From a virus: 64,000 nucleotides of DNA. Every line of letters begins with the position of its first letter. Position 1 is the first letter of the stretch. The notes beneath the pieces are model-generated. The model worked only from the letters and a program-made list of their open reading frames with translations. It had not been told where the DNA came from and made no database searches. The position numbers were made by a program, and so were the translations under genes. Below are positions 34,029 to 44,550 of this stretch, piece after piece. The DNA is taken from positions 1-64,000 of the IMG/VR virus record IMGVR_UViG_3300029653_000167; one strand, given 5' to 3'.

Positions 34029-35944
34029 TGCATGACGTTATCCCTAATCTGACCGCCGAGGATAGGGAGCGTTCGCTTGGCTGGCTTGCCTTGTGGTGGA
34101 TACAGTCGTTCTGCGTCGTGGGTTCGGAGCCCGCGTATGACATGCCCGTGTATGAGAGTCCTGAGTATGCGCGGTTCTACGTGGACTGTTACGCGCTCGA
34201 CAAGTATGGGCAGCGTCGTTTCAACCATGTGTTCCTGAGTCGCCCCAAGGGTTGTGACAAGTCCGGCAAGGGTGGCCGTCTGGGTTTGTTCGAGGCTTTG
34301 GGCCCATGCCGTTTCGCCGGTTGGGCGAAGGGCGGGGAAACCTACACGTTCCTCGGCCAGACTTACGAGTATCTGCCGGGCGAGCCTATGGGCCGTCCCG
34401 TGCAGGGCCCGAACGTGGTGTGCATCGCCACCGCCGAAGAACAGACGGATAACGTTTATCAGGTGATGAAGTACAACTGCGAGAACGGGCCTTTGAGCCA
34501 GTTGCGCGGTTATGGGCTTGATGTCGGTGAAACCCGTATCCTGCTGCCGGAGGGTGGTTCGATCAAGCCCGGTGCCACCGGTTCTTCCACGCATGACGGC
34601 GGCAAGCAGACGTTCATCATCGCCGACGAATCCCACTTGTACAACGTTCCCCGGTTGAAGGCCACGTATCATACGCTGAAACGTAATCTCTCGAAGCGTA
34701 TGGGCGACGCCGAACCGTGGGTGTTGGAAACCACGACCATGTACCGTCCCGGCGAGAACAGTATCGCCGAGGAGACCTACAAGCACGCTCAGGATATTCG
34801 AGAGGGTCGCATCAAGGACCCGAAGCTGCTGTTCGACCACAGGTATTCGCCTTTGAACATCGAGGACCTGGGTGATGCGGGCAAACTGAAGCATGGCCTG
34901 TATGAGGCGTATGGTTCCGCCGCGAAGTCAAGGGACGGCAAGGACCATATCATTCTCGCTGACGGCAGCATCGTGCCGGTCAACGACGAGGGTGTGAGCG
35001 ATGACGGGTATTCGCTTCGCTCCCCCGGCGTGGAGCCGGGCCCGTCGAAGGACGGCTGGGTTGATATTCGCGGCCCTATCGCGGATATCCTCGACCCGGC
35101 TTCCGATGTGGGCGATTCGATTCGCTACTACCTGAACAGTCTCACGAGCGTTTCCGACGCTTGGCTGTCCGAATCCCTGTTGAAAAGCCATCTCGCGGGC
35201 ATCGCATTGTATGCGGGCGTTCCCGAGGGCACCGACTTGGACGAGGCAGCGCCTTGGAAGGACATTATTTCGGACGAGGACGAGATAACGCTTGGCTTCG
35301 ACGGTTCGCTTTCCGATGATGCGACCGCCTTGGTCGGCTGCCGTGTCAGGGACGGCCTGTTGTTCCTTATCAAACTGGAACAGAAGCCCGAAGGCCCCGA
35401 GGCCGCTGACTGGCAGGTCGATGTGGAGGCGTTCGACCGCAAGGTTCGCTGGATGCTGGACAACTACAACGTTGTCGGCTTCTTCGCGGATGTCCACGGC
35501 TGGCGTGACCTCATTATCGGCTGGGAAACCGACTACTCGTATCTCGACCTTGTGGGCCAGCGCAACAACGGCGACCCGATCATGTTCCACACGAACAATT
35601 GGGAGTCGGACATGAAGCAGGCGTATGTGGACATGCATACCGCGTTCTGCCGTGAATGGACGGCGTGCGATGACGAGGACAATCCCGTCATCGGTGATGT
35701 CGCACTGTTGGCCGACCCGAGGCTTCTCGCGCATTTCAGAAACGCGCGAAGGAAGAACCTGCGCAGGACGAACGCCGATGGCTCCACTCAGTACCTCGTG
35801 TACAAGGAGACGCCGAACAGTCCGTTGAAGATAGACGCCTGCATCGCAGGCGTCCTCGCATATACGGCGCGTACCCGTTATCTGGAACAGGCCAGTTCCC
35901 GTGCGCCGAGGGTGCGCACCCACGTTACCCGAGTGACTTATTAG
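34028..35944 (+). CDS. terminase large subunit
   Basis: 638 aa between TerS and portal; ATPase-like N-half, nuclease-like acidic C-half. Confidence 0.7.
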   Translation: MHDVIPNLTAEDRERSLGWLALWWIQSFCVVGSEPAYDMPVYESPEYARFYVDCYALDKYGQRRFNHVFLSRPKGCDKSGKGGRLGLFEALGPCRFAGWAKGGETYTFLGQTYEYLPGEPMGRPVQGPNVVCIATAEEQTDNVYQVMKYNCENGPLSQLRGYGLDVGETRILLPEGGSIKPGATGSSTHDGGKQTFIIADESHLYNVPRLKATYHTLKRNLSKRMGDAEPWVLETTTMYRPGENSIAEETYKHAQDIREGRIKDPKLLFDHRYSPLNIEDLGDAGKLKHGLYEAYGSAAKSRDGKDHIILADGSIVPVNDEGVSDDGYSLRSPGVEPGPSKDGWVDIRGPIADILDPASDVGDSIRYYLNSLTSVSDAWLSESLLKSHLAGIALYAGVPEGTDLDEAAPWKDIISDEDEITLGFDGSLSDDATALVGCRVRDGLLFLIKLEQKPEGPEAADWQVDVEAFDRKVRWMLDNYNVVGFFADVHGWRDLIIGWETDYSYLDLVGQRNNGDPIMFHTNNWESDMKQAYVDMHTAFCREWTACDDEDNPVIGDVALLADPRLLAHFRNARRKNLRRTNADGSTQYLVYKETPNSPLKIDACIAGVLAYTARTRYLEQASSRAPRVRTHVTRVTY

Positions 35945-35958
35945 AAGGACGGTGAGAT

Positions 35959-37590
35959 ATGGCCGTGCAGTTGGAGTCGTTGGTTCCCGATGATGTCGAA
36001 CCGGGAGGCGACGGCGTGGTGCTTACCCGGTTGGCGAACCGGCTGGTGAACCGTATCCCCATGCTGTGCCGGTTGAAAACGTTCTACGACGGCAAGGAGA
36101 CCGTACCCACGAAGGCGGTCCCCCGCAACATGGATGTGACCAGTTCGGACATCTACCGCAGGTTCGTGGACATCTGCCCGATGAACTTGGCGAGCACGAT
36201 AGCGAACGCGGTCATCACCTCGGAGAAGCCCACCGGCTTCCGTCTGGTGTCGGACAAGGCGATACGTTCCACCGCCGCAGACGACATGTGGCAGAAGTCG
36301 GGCATGAACCTGAAATCGTTGAACATGCTGCGTGACGCATCGATTTACGGTGCCGCCTATGCGCAGGCGTGGTCGACGCCTAACCCGGCCTACATTTCGA
36401 GGCTCAGCCCTTGGGATACCGTCGTTTCCGACGATAAGAGCGCGGCCATCGTCTACTCGTATGACGCGGATGAAGGCACCGAGAACATCGCCTTGTACCG
36501 TCTGGTCCGTGACGATAAGGGCAATGTGACCGACGTGTATGGTCGTGTCGCCAGACGTGAGGTGGAGTCGCGGACGCTGCCGACCGACAGTCCCGACTAT
36601 GAGGATGCCGTGTATGAGCTGGCGAACGATGATTCCAAGAAGAAACCGTCGTTGCCCGCCTTGTTCGAATGGGTGGGCGCGGCCAGTTCCGATGGTCTTG
36701 ATTTCGCCCGTGACTGCGGTTGCCTGCCCATCGTCCAGTTGAAGACCGCGACCGGTCGAGGCCAGTTCGAGCCTCATCTTCCGACGTTGAGCGCCATCGA
36801 CCAGCAGCGTTTCCAACGTTTCTGCATTCAGGAGATGCAGGCGTTCAAACAGCGTTGGGTGTCCGGCGACCTTCCCGAGTATTACACGAAGCAGGACCCG
36901 GCCGTGAAGGCCAACCGTGCGCGTGCCGGCGAAAAGATCGACTACTCGTCCTTGTTCGAGCTTGGCCCCGCCGCCTTGTGGCTGATGCCGAAGGACGCGA
37001 AGATGGGCGAAAGCTCCGTGACGGACATCACGCCGATTGTCTCCGCCGCGAACACGGACATCAAACAGTTGGCCGGCGCGTCCGGCACCCCGTTGTCGAT
37101 TCTCAGCCCTGACGTTTCCGGCAGCGCGGAGGGAGCGAAGCTCACCACCCGCATGTTGAGGCTCAAGGTGCAGGACATGAACGAGCGTGCCAATGATGCG
37201 TTCGTGCTGCTGCTTCGCATGGCGTTGGTCGCAAGCGGCCAGCAGTCCGCCGCCGATGAACGTTTCGAGACGATGTGGCAGCCGGTCGAAACTCCCACCG
37301 ATTTGGAGCAGGCGCAAGCCGCCAACTATGTGAAGGGACTGCTGCCGGTCAAAACCATCATGCGACGGTTCCTGAACATGAGCGAGATGGATATAGCCGA
37401 AGCCATGCAGGACTTGCAGGACACGGCTTTCGCCACCGCCCTGAGTCAGGAGAACACTCTGGTCGAAGGCAAGACCTCACAGCAGTCGGCTCCCATCTTG
37501 CAGGACACGTTGGATTCGACATCGACCATCCCTGACCTGAACGACGTTCTGGGCGACGAGACGTTGGACTCCACCAATGAGGTGACGTGA
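35959..37590 (+). CDS. portal protein
   Basis: 543 aa following terminase; acidic C-term. Confidence 0.65.
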   Translation: MAVQLESLVPDDVEPGGDGVVLTRLANRLVNRIPMLCRLKTFYDGKETVPTKAVPRNMDVTSSDIYRRFVDICPMNLASTIANAVITSEKPTGFRLVSDKAIRSTAADDMWQKSGMNLKSLNMLRDASIYGAAYAQAWSTPNPAYISRLSPWDTVVSDDKSAAIVYSYDADEGTENIALYRLVRDDKGNVTDVYGRVARREVESRTLPTDSPDYEDAVYELANDDSKKKPSLPALFEWVGAASSDGLDFARDCGCLPIVQLKTATGRGQFEPHLPTLSAIDQQRFQRFCIQEMQAFKQRWVSGDLPEYYTKQDPAVKANRARAGEKIDYSSLFELGPAALWLMPKDAKMGESSVTDITPIVSAANTDIKQLAGASGTPLSILSPDVSGSAEGAKLTTRMLRLKVQDMNERANDAFVLLLRMALVASGQQSAADERFETMWQPVETPTDLEQAQAANYVKGLLPVKTIMRRFLNMSEMDIAEAMQDLQDTAFATALSQENTLVEGKTSQQSAPILQDTLDSTSTIPDLNDVLGDETLDSTNEVT

Positions 37591-38663
37591 TGGCCGACAT
37601 GACACAGGCGCTGACCGTCATGGAACGGCAGCGTCAGGCGCTGGTCGACGCCTACGTGCAGCGTGCGTGGAACATGTGGAAGTCGCTCGACCCCGCCGAC
37701 TGGTGGAACGACGCGATAACACAGGGCGTGTCCGCGTGGATAACACAGAATCAGATCGCGTTCATCAAAGCCATGCGGCATCTGGGCGTCTCCTATGCGG
37801 ACGTGATGCTCGGCATGGTGAACGTGCCTTCGGATGGTCAGATTCCCGAATACATCGTCACAAGGGACAACACCGACCCTTGGGCGGTGAGCGTGCGTCC
37901 TGCCGACGCCTATCGGAGCATGGCCGTAAGGGACCCGTCGATACGCCCGCTGGCATGGGACAATCTGGACGATTACGTGCAGAAGGCCGTCGATGATTGG
38001 CTTGACGCCGCCGTGAAACGGTTGACGGACAATGCGAACACCGATGGTCAGATAGCCATGAACAGTGCGGCCACGCAACGATTCCACGGTTCCGGCGTCA
38101 GAAAATACCGTAGGGTCATACACCCCGAGCTTTCCAAGACCGGCACGTGCGGCCTGTGCGCCGTCGCGGCCACGAACGTGTTTTCCACGGCCGACCTTCT
38201 GCCCATGCACAACAACTGCAAATGCACCGTCGCCCCGATCACCGCGAACAATGACCCCGGTCTGAAACTCAACCGGGAGGATTTGGACGCCATCTACAGG
38301 AAGGCTGGCAGCACGTCAGCCGCCGACCTGAAAAGCGTGCGCGTCATCATGGAATCGCATAGCGAGATCGGGCCGATTCTCACGCAGTCCCAGTGGCGGC
38401 GTGAATACGATGACGGCACTCCCGCGCCGGAATGGCATATCCCCGACCTGAAGATGACGCGCACCGCGTTGCAGCGCATGTACGCGAGGGCTATGGAGTT
38501 CCAACAGCATTATCAGAAAGTGCTGGATACGGGCGAGGAAGACGATTTTCCATTCGAGGGTCGAAAGTACAGCTTCCGGCCTTCGGTGCATTTAAGACAA
38601 GCCATGTCCTATCAGAGGGCGTGGCTCCAATACCTGCGGTCGACCCTCGGTTTGGCCGCGTGA
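37587..38663 (+). CDS. MuF-like head morphogenesis protein (SPP1 gp7 family)
   Basis: Conserved LLPMHNNCKCTV motif (H-N-C-R/K-C); after portal. Confidence 0.55.
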   Translation: MMADMTQALTVMERQRQALVDAYVQRAWNMWKSLDPADWWNDAITQGVSAWITQNQIAFIKAMRHLGVSYADVMLGMVNVPSDGQIPEYIVTRDNTDPWAVSVRPADAYRSMAVRDPSIRPLAWDNLDDYVQKAVDDWLDAAVKRLTDNANTDGQIAMNSAATQRFHGSGVRKYRRVIHPELSKTGTCGLCAVAATNVFSTADLLPMHNNCKCTVAPITANNDPGLKLNREDLDAIYRKAGSTSAADLKSVRVIMESHSEIGPILTQSQWRREYDDGTPAPEWHIPDLKMTRTALQRMYARAMEFQQHYQKVLDTGEEDDFPFEGRKYSFRPSVHLRQAMSYQRAWLQYLRSTLGLAA

Positions 38664-38680
38664 ATGAAAGGGGCGGGCGG

Positions 38681-39259
38681 ATGCCTACCAAGGAAGAACA
38701 GAACACTGCCGAAACCGAAACGGTTCAGCAGTCTCAGCCTGAAACGGGCGCGGCAGAAACGACCGCCGACATTCAGGAAAACAATGAAAACGTCAAGCCG
38801 GAGGAAAACCCCGGTGACAACGAGCTCGCCAAGTGGAAGGCGATGAGCCGTAAGAACGAGAAGCAGGCCGAAGCGAACCTCAAGCAGGTGCAGCAGGTTC
38901 AGGCCGAGCTTGCCCAGGTGCGTGCCGACAACGCGCGTCTGATTGCGAAGAGCACGTATCCGCAGGTCACTGACAAGGTGTTTGAAGCCCTGTACAAGGG
39001 TGATGGCACGCCGGAGGATATCGCGGACTTCGCCAAGTCCTATGCGGAGCTCAACCCCATCCAACCCGGTTCGCCGTTGGGTGTTCAGCCGAACGGCCGC
39101 GTTCAGGTGCCGGAAGCCGAGGCTCTTCGCAACGTAGGCCGAAAGGCCGAGAACCCCGAAGGCGAGTTCAATCCGAAACCAAAGCGCGGCGACGCCTACA
39201 AGCGTGCGATGGACCGTCAGAACGCCCGCCGCCGCAACCATAACAAGCAAACCAAATGA
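38681..39259 (+). CDS. scaffolding protein
   Basis: ORF 38432..39259 from Met84 with GAAAGGGGCGGG SD; acidic/coiled-coil, Ala/Glu/Gln-rich. Confidence 0.45.
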   Translation: MPTKEEQNTAETETVQQSQPETGAAETTADIQENNENVKPEENPGDNELAKWKAMSRKNEKQAEANLKQVQQVQAELAQVRADNARLIAKSTYPQVTDKVFEALYKGDGTPEDIADFAKSYAELNPIQPGSPLGVQPNGRVQVPEAEALRNVGRKAENPEGEFNPKPKRGDAYKRAMDRQNARRRNHNKQTK

Positions 39260-39891
39260 AAGGAGCCATACTCATGGCGCTTCCTATTGAAATGGTGCAT
39301 GGCACCGGCCTGACCACCGTTGAGGAAAACAATGAGTGGCGTTTCGGCGAGCAGACGGGCGGCGTGGTCTCCGTGACCATCGTCCCCGAACTGTTCAACG
39401 TCGATGACGAGACTCTGCGCAACAAGTACCTGACCGGGGTCAGCCCGACAGCCACGACCATCTACATCCGTTCCGGTATTCCGCTCGCCAAGATCACGAG
39501 CGGCACCAACAAGGGCGCTTACGGCCCGTATGACCCGAAGGCTACCGATGGCCGTCAGACCGCCATCGCCGGCCTGTTGGAGTCCGCCGTCGCCGTGAAC
39601 GTCACCTATTCCGGCTGGCAGGTCGATGACACCTATGTGGGCCTTCGCTACCGTGGCGACATTATCAAGAGCAAGCTGCCGGTCGTTCCCGCCGACGAGG
39701 CCAAGTGGGGCGGCTGCTTCTACGATGTCGAGGATGATGCTGTCACCGCATTGTCCGGTTCGGCTGGCGCTGCCGGTTCCGCTGGTGTGGGCGTGAAGTC
39801 CATCACCTTGACCAAGAACGCCTCTGGTGCCATCACCGGTGGCACTTGGGTCGGCACCGACAACAAGTCGAACACCATCACCATCGCCTGA
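39256..39891 (+). CDS. head protein of unclear role (decoration or capsid-associated)
   Basis: 211 aa between scaffold and major capsid gene. Confidence 0.3.
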   Translation: MKGAILMALPIEMVHGTGLTTVEENNEWRFGEQTGGVVSVTIVPELFNVDDETLRNKYLTGVSPTATTIYIRSGIPLAKITSGTNKGAYGPYDPKATDGRQTAIAGLLESAVAVNVTYSGWQVDDTYVGLRYRGDIIKSKLPVVPADEAKWGGCFYDVEDDAVTALSGSAGAAGSAGVGVKSITLTKNASGAITGGTWVGTDNKSNTITIA

Positions 39892-39964
39892 CACCCCGTC
39901 TAAACCGATTCTTTGAAACCCGCCCCTCGTGGCGGGTTTTCTCATATCTGAAAGGAAATATCCA

Positions 39965-41023
39965 ATGGCATTGGACAAGGAAATCTTCCCGCCGAGCGAA
40001 GCCACCGAGGTTGCGCAGGCGGGCTTCGATTACGTGAACGGCATTCTCCCGTTCTCCACCATGTTCCCCATCCAGTCCAATGACGGCGAATGGACCGTCT
40101 CTTGGACGCCGAATCTGCCGACGCTCTCCACGAACGCCATGCAGCGTCGTGCGCTGGACGCCGAGATCGGCCACACTTCGATGGTCGAACAGTCCGCCGA
40201 ACAGCATACGGGCCTTCTGCCCCTGTCCGGCATGGACCACATCACCGAACGTGATATGGCCAAGCACGCGAACGACAAGCAGTTCATCCACGACAAGGCC
40301 GAAGCCAAGACCACGCATCTGGGCCAGACCGCCGGCGTGACCCTTGAACTTGAGTCCATCTCCGCGATGATGGATGGCAAGATCACCATCAACGAGAACG
40401 GCGCGAACGTTGTCTACTCGTTCGGCCGTCCGGCCAAGCAGCATAATCAGGCTCCGACCACTCTCTGGTCCCAGGCTACTTCCGACCCGATTGCCGACGT
40501 TCAGGGTTGGATTGAGGTCATGCGCAAGAACAAGGGCCGTACACCGCACGCCGCGTTCACCACGTCGAAGGTCATCGACGCATTGCGCGTCAACGAACAG
40601 TTCCGTCAGGAAGCGTCCGGCATGGACTTGGCTCATTCCAAGTCACGACTGTCCCGCGACGAGGTGCTGGGCGTTTTCGCCAGCCAGCTTCAGCTGAACG
40701 ACGTGCGTATGCTCGACCTCGAATACGAGAACCTTGAACTGGACGGCGGCTTCAAGATGGACGTGGACACCACCACGCTCATCCCCGATGCCACGTTCGT
40801 CATGCTTCCCTCGTTCAACGACCCGACCCTTGGCTTCACCGCTTCCGGCCCGACCGCCGAAGCCCAAAACTCCGAGTATGAGATCAGCAAGAGCGTCAAC
40901 GACGGTCTTGTCGCCGCCATGCTCTCCCATCAGGCTCCGGCCAACTACGATATCTGGGTCAACGGCTCCGCGCTGCCCGTATTGCAGGATGCCGTCAGCA
41001 CGTTCAAGGCCAACGTCCTGTAG
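39965..41023 (+). CDS. major capsid protein
   Basis: ORF 39929..41023 from Met13. Preceded by terminator hairpin + CATATCTGAAAGGAAAT RBS module. ~350 aa. Confidence 0.5.
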   Translation: MALDKEIFPPSEATEVAQAGFDYVNGILPFSTMFPIQSNDGEWTVSWTPNLPTLSTNAMQRRALDAEIGHTSMVEQSAEQHTGLLPLSGMDHITERDMAKHANDKQFIHDKAEAKTTHLGQTAGVTLELESISAMMDGKITINENGANVVYSFGRPAKQHNQAPTTLWSQATSDPIADVQGWIEVMRKNKGRTPHAAFTTSKVIDALRVNEQFRQEASGMDLAHSKSRLSRDEVLGVFASQLQLNDVRMLDLEYENLELDGGFKMDVDTTTLIPDATFVMLPSFNDPTLGFTASGPTAEAQNSEYEISKSVNDGLVAAMLSHQAPANYDIWVNGSALPVLQDAVSTFKANVL

Positions 41024-41031
41024 GAGCCGTC

Positions 41032-41460
41032 ATGGCAAGCGTTGACGGCATCGACTGGATGAAACACATGCAGGTCAGTCTGCTTGACCAGCCCGGGCTA
41101 GCCGACGCCTATCCGAACGAATGGGTGAAATCACGTTGCCGTATCGCCGCCGAAATAGCGTTGACCGAATCCGGCAACGCGGAACCCCGCCTCAATTCGG
41201 GCGACCTGAGCGAGGACACGTTCGCCTACGTGGTCTGCTCGATGGTGATTCGCGTCATGCGATGGCACCGGCTCAAATCCGAGTCGAACGGCAACTATTC
41301 GTATGAGGAGCATGACCCCCAGCCTAATCCGCCCGCCTATGATGCCAGTCCCAACCTGTATGTGAGCAAACGCGAAAAGCAGTTGCTTGACGGTTACGCG
41401 GAGGGACACGGCCCCGTAGGCACCATTGGTGTCGGGTTGAGCCGAATCTACGGATTGTGA
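41032..41460 (+). CDS. head-tail connector/adaptor
   Basis: Position and size. Confidence 0.35.
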   Translation: MASVDGIDWMKHMQVSLLDQPGLADAYPNEWVKSRCRIAAEIALTESGNAEPRLNSGDLSEDTFAYVVCSMVIRVMRWHRLKSESNGNYSYEEHDPQPNPPAYDASPNLYVSKREKQLLDGYAEGHGPVGTIGVGLSRIYGL

Positions 41461-41466
41461 GGCCCT

Positions 41467-42000
41467 ATGGCCGATGAAACATTGGACTTGGGACACCTTT
41501 ACGACGGTGTTGATTTGGATGAACTCGGCGGCGGGCACCTGTACGACGATACCGAGTTGGAGCCTCGTATCACGGATGACCTTCTGCACCGCGACATGAT
41601 CGTGGTGCAGCCGATGAAACCGGTCGAAACCGTCTACGGTTCCGGCACGGTGCCGGATGGGGACGCCTCCTACTGTTACTGCTCGTTCGAGCCTCGAATC
41701 AATAAGAACAGCACGTTTTCCAAGAACTGGGCGCAGGACACCACGCCGCAAACGACCGGTGGCCTGCGCGAGGATGCGTTGGCGATCGTTCTCGCGCCGG
41801 AATGGCATGGGGACATCAACACGCAGTTCTGGCTCGATAACGCCTGTTACGAGGTTGACGGCCCGCCTATGGAGATGCGTCACGCCTCGGATGCCGCCCA
41901 CCATTGGAACATCACCGCGAGGTGCATCGGCCATGCGACCGAGGACAACGGGTTGAAACCGCCTGTCCCGCCCGAGGGGAGCCGCACATGGGGTACGTGA
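41467..42000 (+). CDS. head closure/neck protein
   Basis: Position. Confidence 0.3.
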   Translation: MADETLDLGHLYDGVDLDELGGGHLYDDTELEPRITDDLLHRDMIVVQPMKPVETVYGSGTVPDGDASYCYCSFEPRINKNSTFSKNWAQDTTPQTTGGLREDALAIVLAPEWHGDINTQFWLDNACYEVDGPPMEMRHASDAAHHWNITARCIGHATEDNGLKPPVPPEGSRTWGT

Positions 42001-42338
42001 AGCTGAAGCCCGCGAATGTGCTGAACCGTGACATGGCGATACTGTTCGGAGCCGAAGCGACCCGTCCCGTGGCGGAGAAGGTCGAGGCGAAGGCGAAGGG
42101 ACTGGCCGACGTGAAGGCGAAGCATTCGTCCGTCGCCGACCGCATCGACATCAGCACTCACGCGCATGGCACGCATACCGCCGTGATCATGAGCGTCAAG
42201 GGCCGTGACGGTTCCGAGATCGCCTCTCACTTGGAGTTCGGCTACTTCAATCGGTGGCTGGAACACAAGTACGGCATCAAAAGTCCGAGTGCCTGGATGC
42301 CGGGATTGTTCATCATGTCGAGGGCGAAATATGTCTGA
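41988..42338 (+). CDS. tail-neck component
   Basis: ORF 41904..42338 from Met29. Confidence 0.3.
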   Translation: MGYVKLKPANVLNRDMAILFGAEATRPVAEKVEAKAKGLADVKAKHSSVADRIDISTHAHGTHTAVIMSVKGRDGSEIASHLEFGYFNRWLEHKYGIKSPSAWMPGLFIMSRAKYV

Positions 42339-42801
42339 CCCCACGATATTCGACCTTTCCGTAAGGGAACAGTTGGATGCGGTCGGCCTGACACGCGCCT
42401 ACCTGGACGCCGTCGAATGGAAGGACCGTGATTTCAGGCCGGTCATCCAACCGGAGGTCACGCCCGCCACGGATTCGCTCCTGTTGTCCCATGACGTGAT
42501 TCTCTACCATTGCGGTGCTCCTGAGCAGCCCGACTGGAATCTGAAGGCTTGGATATGGCAGTACACGCTGTCTTTGACGGTGTTGGGCCGTGACCCGGAA
42601 CGGGTGGCCCGCATCTGCGGATGGCTGCACCGTTGCATATCCGCATGGCCCTACCGGCCCGGCACCGACTATGGGAAGATCGGGCGGATAGTGGACAATC
42701 CCGGTTTCGAGTCCCGGTCTTCCGGAGACATGACCAGTTCCAAAAGCATCGTCGCGTGGACTTCCACGAAACGCATACAGGCCGCGTCCCCACGCGGCTG
42801 A
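42331..42801 (+). CDS. tail completion protein
   Basis: ORF 42205..42801 from Met43. Confidence 0.3.
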   Translation: MSDPTIFDLSVREQLDAVGLTRAYLDAVEWKDRDFRPVIQPEVTPATDSLLLSHDVILYHCGAPEQPDWNLKAWIWQYTLSLTVLGRDPERVARICGWLHRCISAWPYRPGTDYGKIGRIVDNPGFESRSSGDMTSSKSIVAWTSTKRIQAASPRG

Positions 42802-42887
42802 CCTTATCTGAAAAACCATCAATCACACAATCAGACCCCGCACGCCTACACGGCTGCGGGGTTTTCCATATTTGAAAGGAAAACGAT

Positions 42888-43502
42888 ATGGCTGACGAAA
42901 TCGGCATCCACGACGACGGCGTGTTGACCGCCGTCCGAGGAACGATCTTCATGGCGAAGGCCGAGACCATCATTACCTCCGCACTGCTCAAGCAGTTCAC
43001 CGTCGAGGCGGCGACCGTAGGCGTGGGCGACGACATGTGGACGAACCTCGGCCACATGTCGAACGACAACCTGCCCGAGTTCGCGTTGGACGGCGGCGAC
43101 GCCACCACGTTGAGCACTTGGCTCAAGGCGGCGTTCCGCACCCAGTACGCCCAGACCACCGGCACTGTGACGTTCAATTCGGTGCAGGGCGACAAGGGCA
43201 CGTTCAAGACCTTCTACAACGCGGTCGATATGACCGGCGCCGGCGTGGCCTTCTCCTTGGAGAAGACCCCCATCAACAAGTCCCTGTTCATCCTGTGGTC
43301 CGACACGAACACGACCGGCCGTGCCGGCCTGCTGCTGCCGAACTCGGACATCGCGTTCTCCAGTCTGCCTGCTCTTTCCACGGATTCGTTCGTGGAGTTC
43401 TCCGCTCAGGCGAACATCAAGACATCCAGCGTGCTTCCGCATGACAAGAACGGCAAGTTCACGTCCGTCGCCTACTTCGCGCCGTCCGACTTCACGGTCT
43501 GA
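42888..43502 (+). CDS. major tail protein
   Basis: Preceded by terminator + CATATTTGAAAGGAAAA module; precedes G/GT chaperone pair. Confidence 0.5.
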   Translation: MADEIGIHDDGVLTAVRGTIFMAKAETIITSALLKQFTVEAATVGVGDDMWTNLGHMSNDNLPEFALDGGDATTLSTWLKAAFRTQYAQTTGTVTFNSVQGDKGTFKTFYNAVDMTGAGVAFSLEKTPINKSLFILWSDTNTTGRAGLLLPNSDIAFSSLPALSTDSFVEFSAQANIKTSSVLPHDKNGKFTSVAYFAPSDFTV

Positions 43503-43603
43503 CCCGTCTCTTCCTTGCCGCGTCTCCTATCCGCGCGGCAAGGAACCCCCTCTTTCCACGGATAGGGCTTTTCAGAATCATTCTTTTCCACGGATAGGAG
43601 CCG

Positions 43604-44065
43604 ATGATGGCAGAGAACACTAAGAACACGACCGACAACGCGAAGATGCCGGAGACATGGGATGAGCTCAAGGAGCAGCCGCTGTTCGCGGGACTGCCCG
43701 ACATGGCGAAGCCGCAGGAGCTGAACGTGGCCCAGTCCGCCGAGTTCTCGGTGACATGGCAGCGCATCTCCGAACGCAACGGGAAACTGGGCGACATGGG
43801 CTTATTCGGCGACGATGAGGCCGACAAGCCGAAGAAGAAGCCGAAGTACGACGAGTCCGAAGCCGTCATCCTCATGGCCGAGATCGTGCAGTACGCGGAC
43901 ATGTTCTACCGCGAAATCGCGGCCGACGAGAAGCAGTGGGACGAGTTCACCCGTGGCCGCACCTTGGAGAACCTGTACGTGCTGCTGGTGTCCCTGACCA
44001 CGTTCTATTCGGTGGCACTGGGAAAATCAAGCGCCTCCAAGACGCGCTTGGAGAATGCAGAGTAG
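43604..44065 (+). CDS. tail assembly chaperone G
   Basis: Acidic 153-aa protein upstream of tape measure. Confidence 0.55.
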   Translation: MMAENTKNTTDNAKMPETWDELKEQPLFAGLPDMAKPQELNVAQSAEFSVTWQRISERNGKLGDMGLFGDDEADKPKKKPKYDESEAVILMAEIVQYADMFYREIAADEKQWDEFTRGRTLENLYVLLVSLTTFYSVALGKSSASKTRLENAE

Positions 44066-44493
44066 CGGTCTCGGCCGACTTCCAACGCTTCTACAACATC
44101 AACCTCCCCGCCAGTATGGGCCGCATGGAGCCGTCATGGCTGTGCGACCTGCTGGACGGTTTGGAGGGCGTTGACGGGAGCCTGTACCGCGCGTGGATGG
44201 CCGAACACCATCCGCTCCCACGGGAAGACGCGAAAAGCATGCCGCGTCTTTCCTACCTCACCTACGGGCAGTCGCAGATGCTGATGCTCAGCATGACGAA
44301 CCAGCTTGAGATGATTCGCGTGATGATCGCCCGCATGATGGGCGACAAGAAGTCGAAGCCGCAGCCCGTCTATCCGCCCGGCACCGTGGTCAAGCCCGAT
44401 TCGGTCGGGCCGAAATCGTTCTCCACGGCGGGCAAGTCGTTCGCCCAGATCACGGGCATGTTGGGTGCCGTGTTCGGCGGCAACAGTTTCTAG
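43936..44493 (+). CDS. tail assembly chaperone GT (-1 frameshift extension)
   Basis: -1 frame ORF overlapping G 3' end; continues KIKRLQDALGEC after slip. Confidence 0.5.
   Translation: MGRVHPWPHLGEPVRAAGVPDHVLFGGTGKIKRLQDALGECRVAVSADFQRFYNINLPASMGRMEPSWLCDLLDGLEGVDGSLYRAWMAEHHPLPREDAKSMPRLSYLTYGQSQMLMLSMTNQLEMIRVMIARMMGDKKSKPQPVYPPGTVVKPDSVGPKSFSTAGKSFAQITGMLGAVFGGNSF
44020..44026 (+). other. slippery heptamer G_GGA_AAA (XXXYYYZ) for programmed -1 frameshift
   Basis: In-frame ctg gga aaa tca; -1 frame stays open to 44493. Confidence 0.5.
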
Positions 44494-44550
44494 CAGAAAA
44501 CCCCTCGCATTCCACGAGGGGTTTTCGTTTATCCTCCCGGAGGTTTTCTC

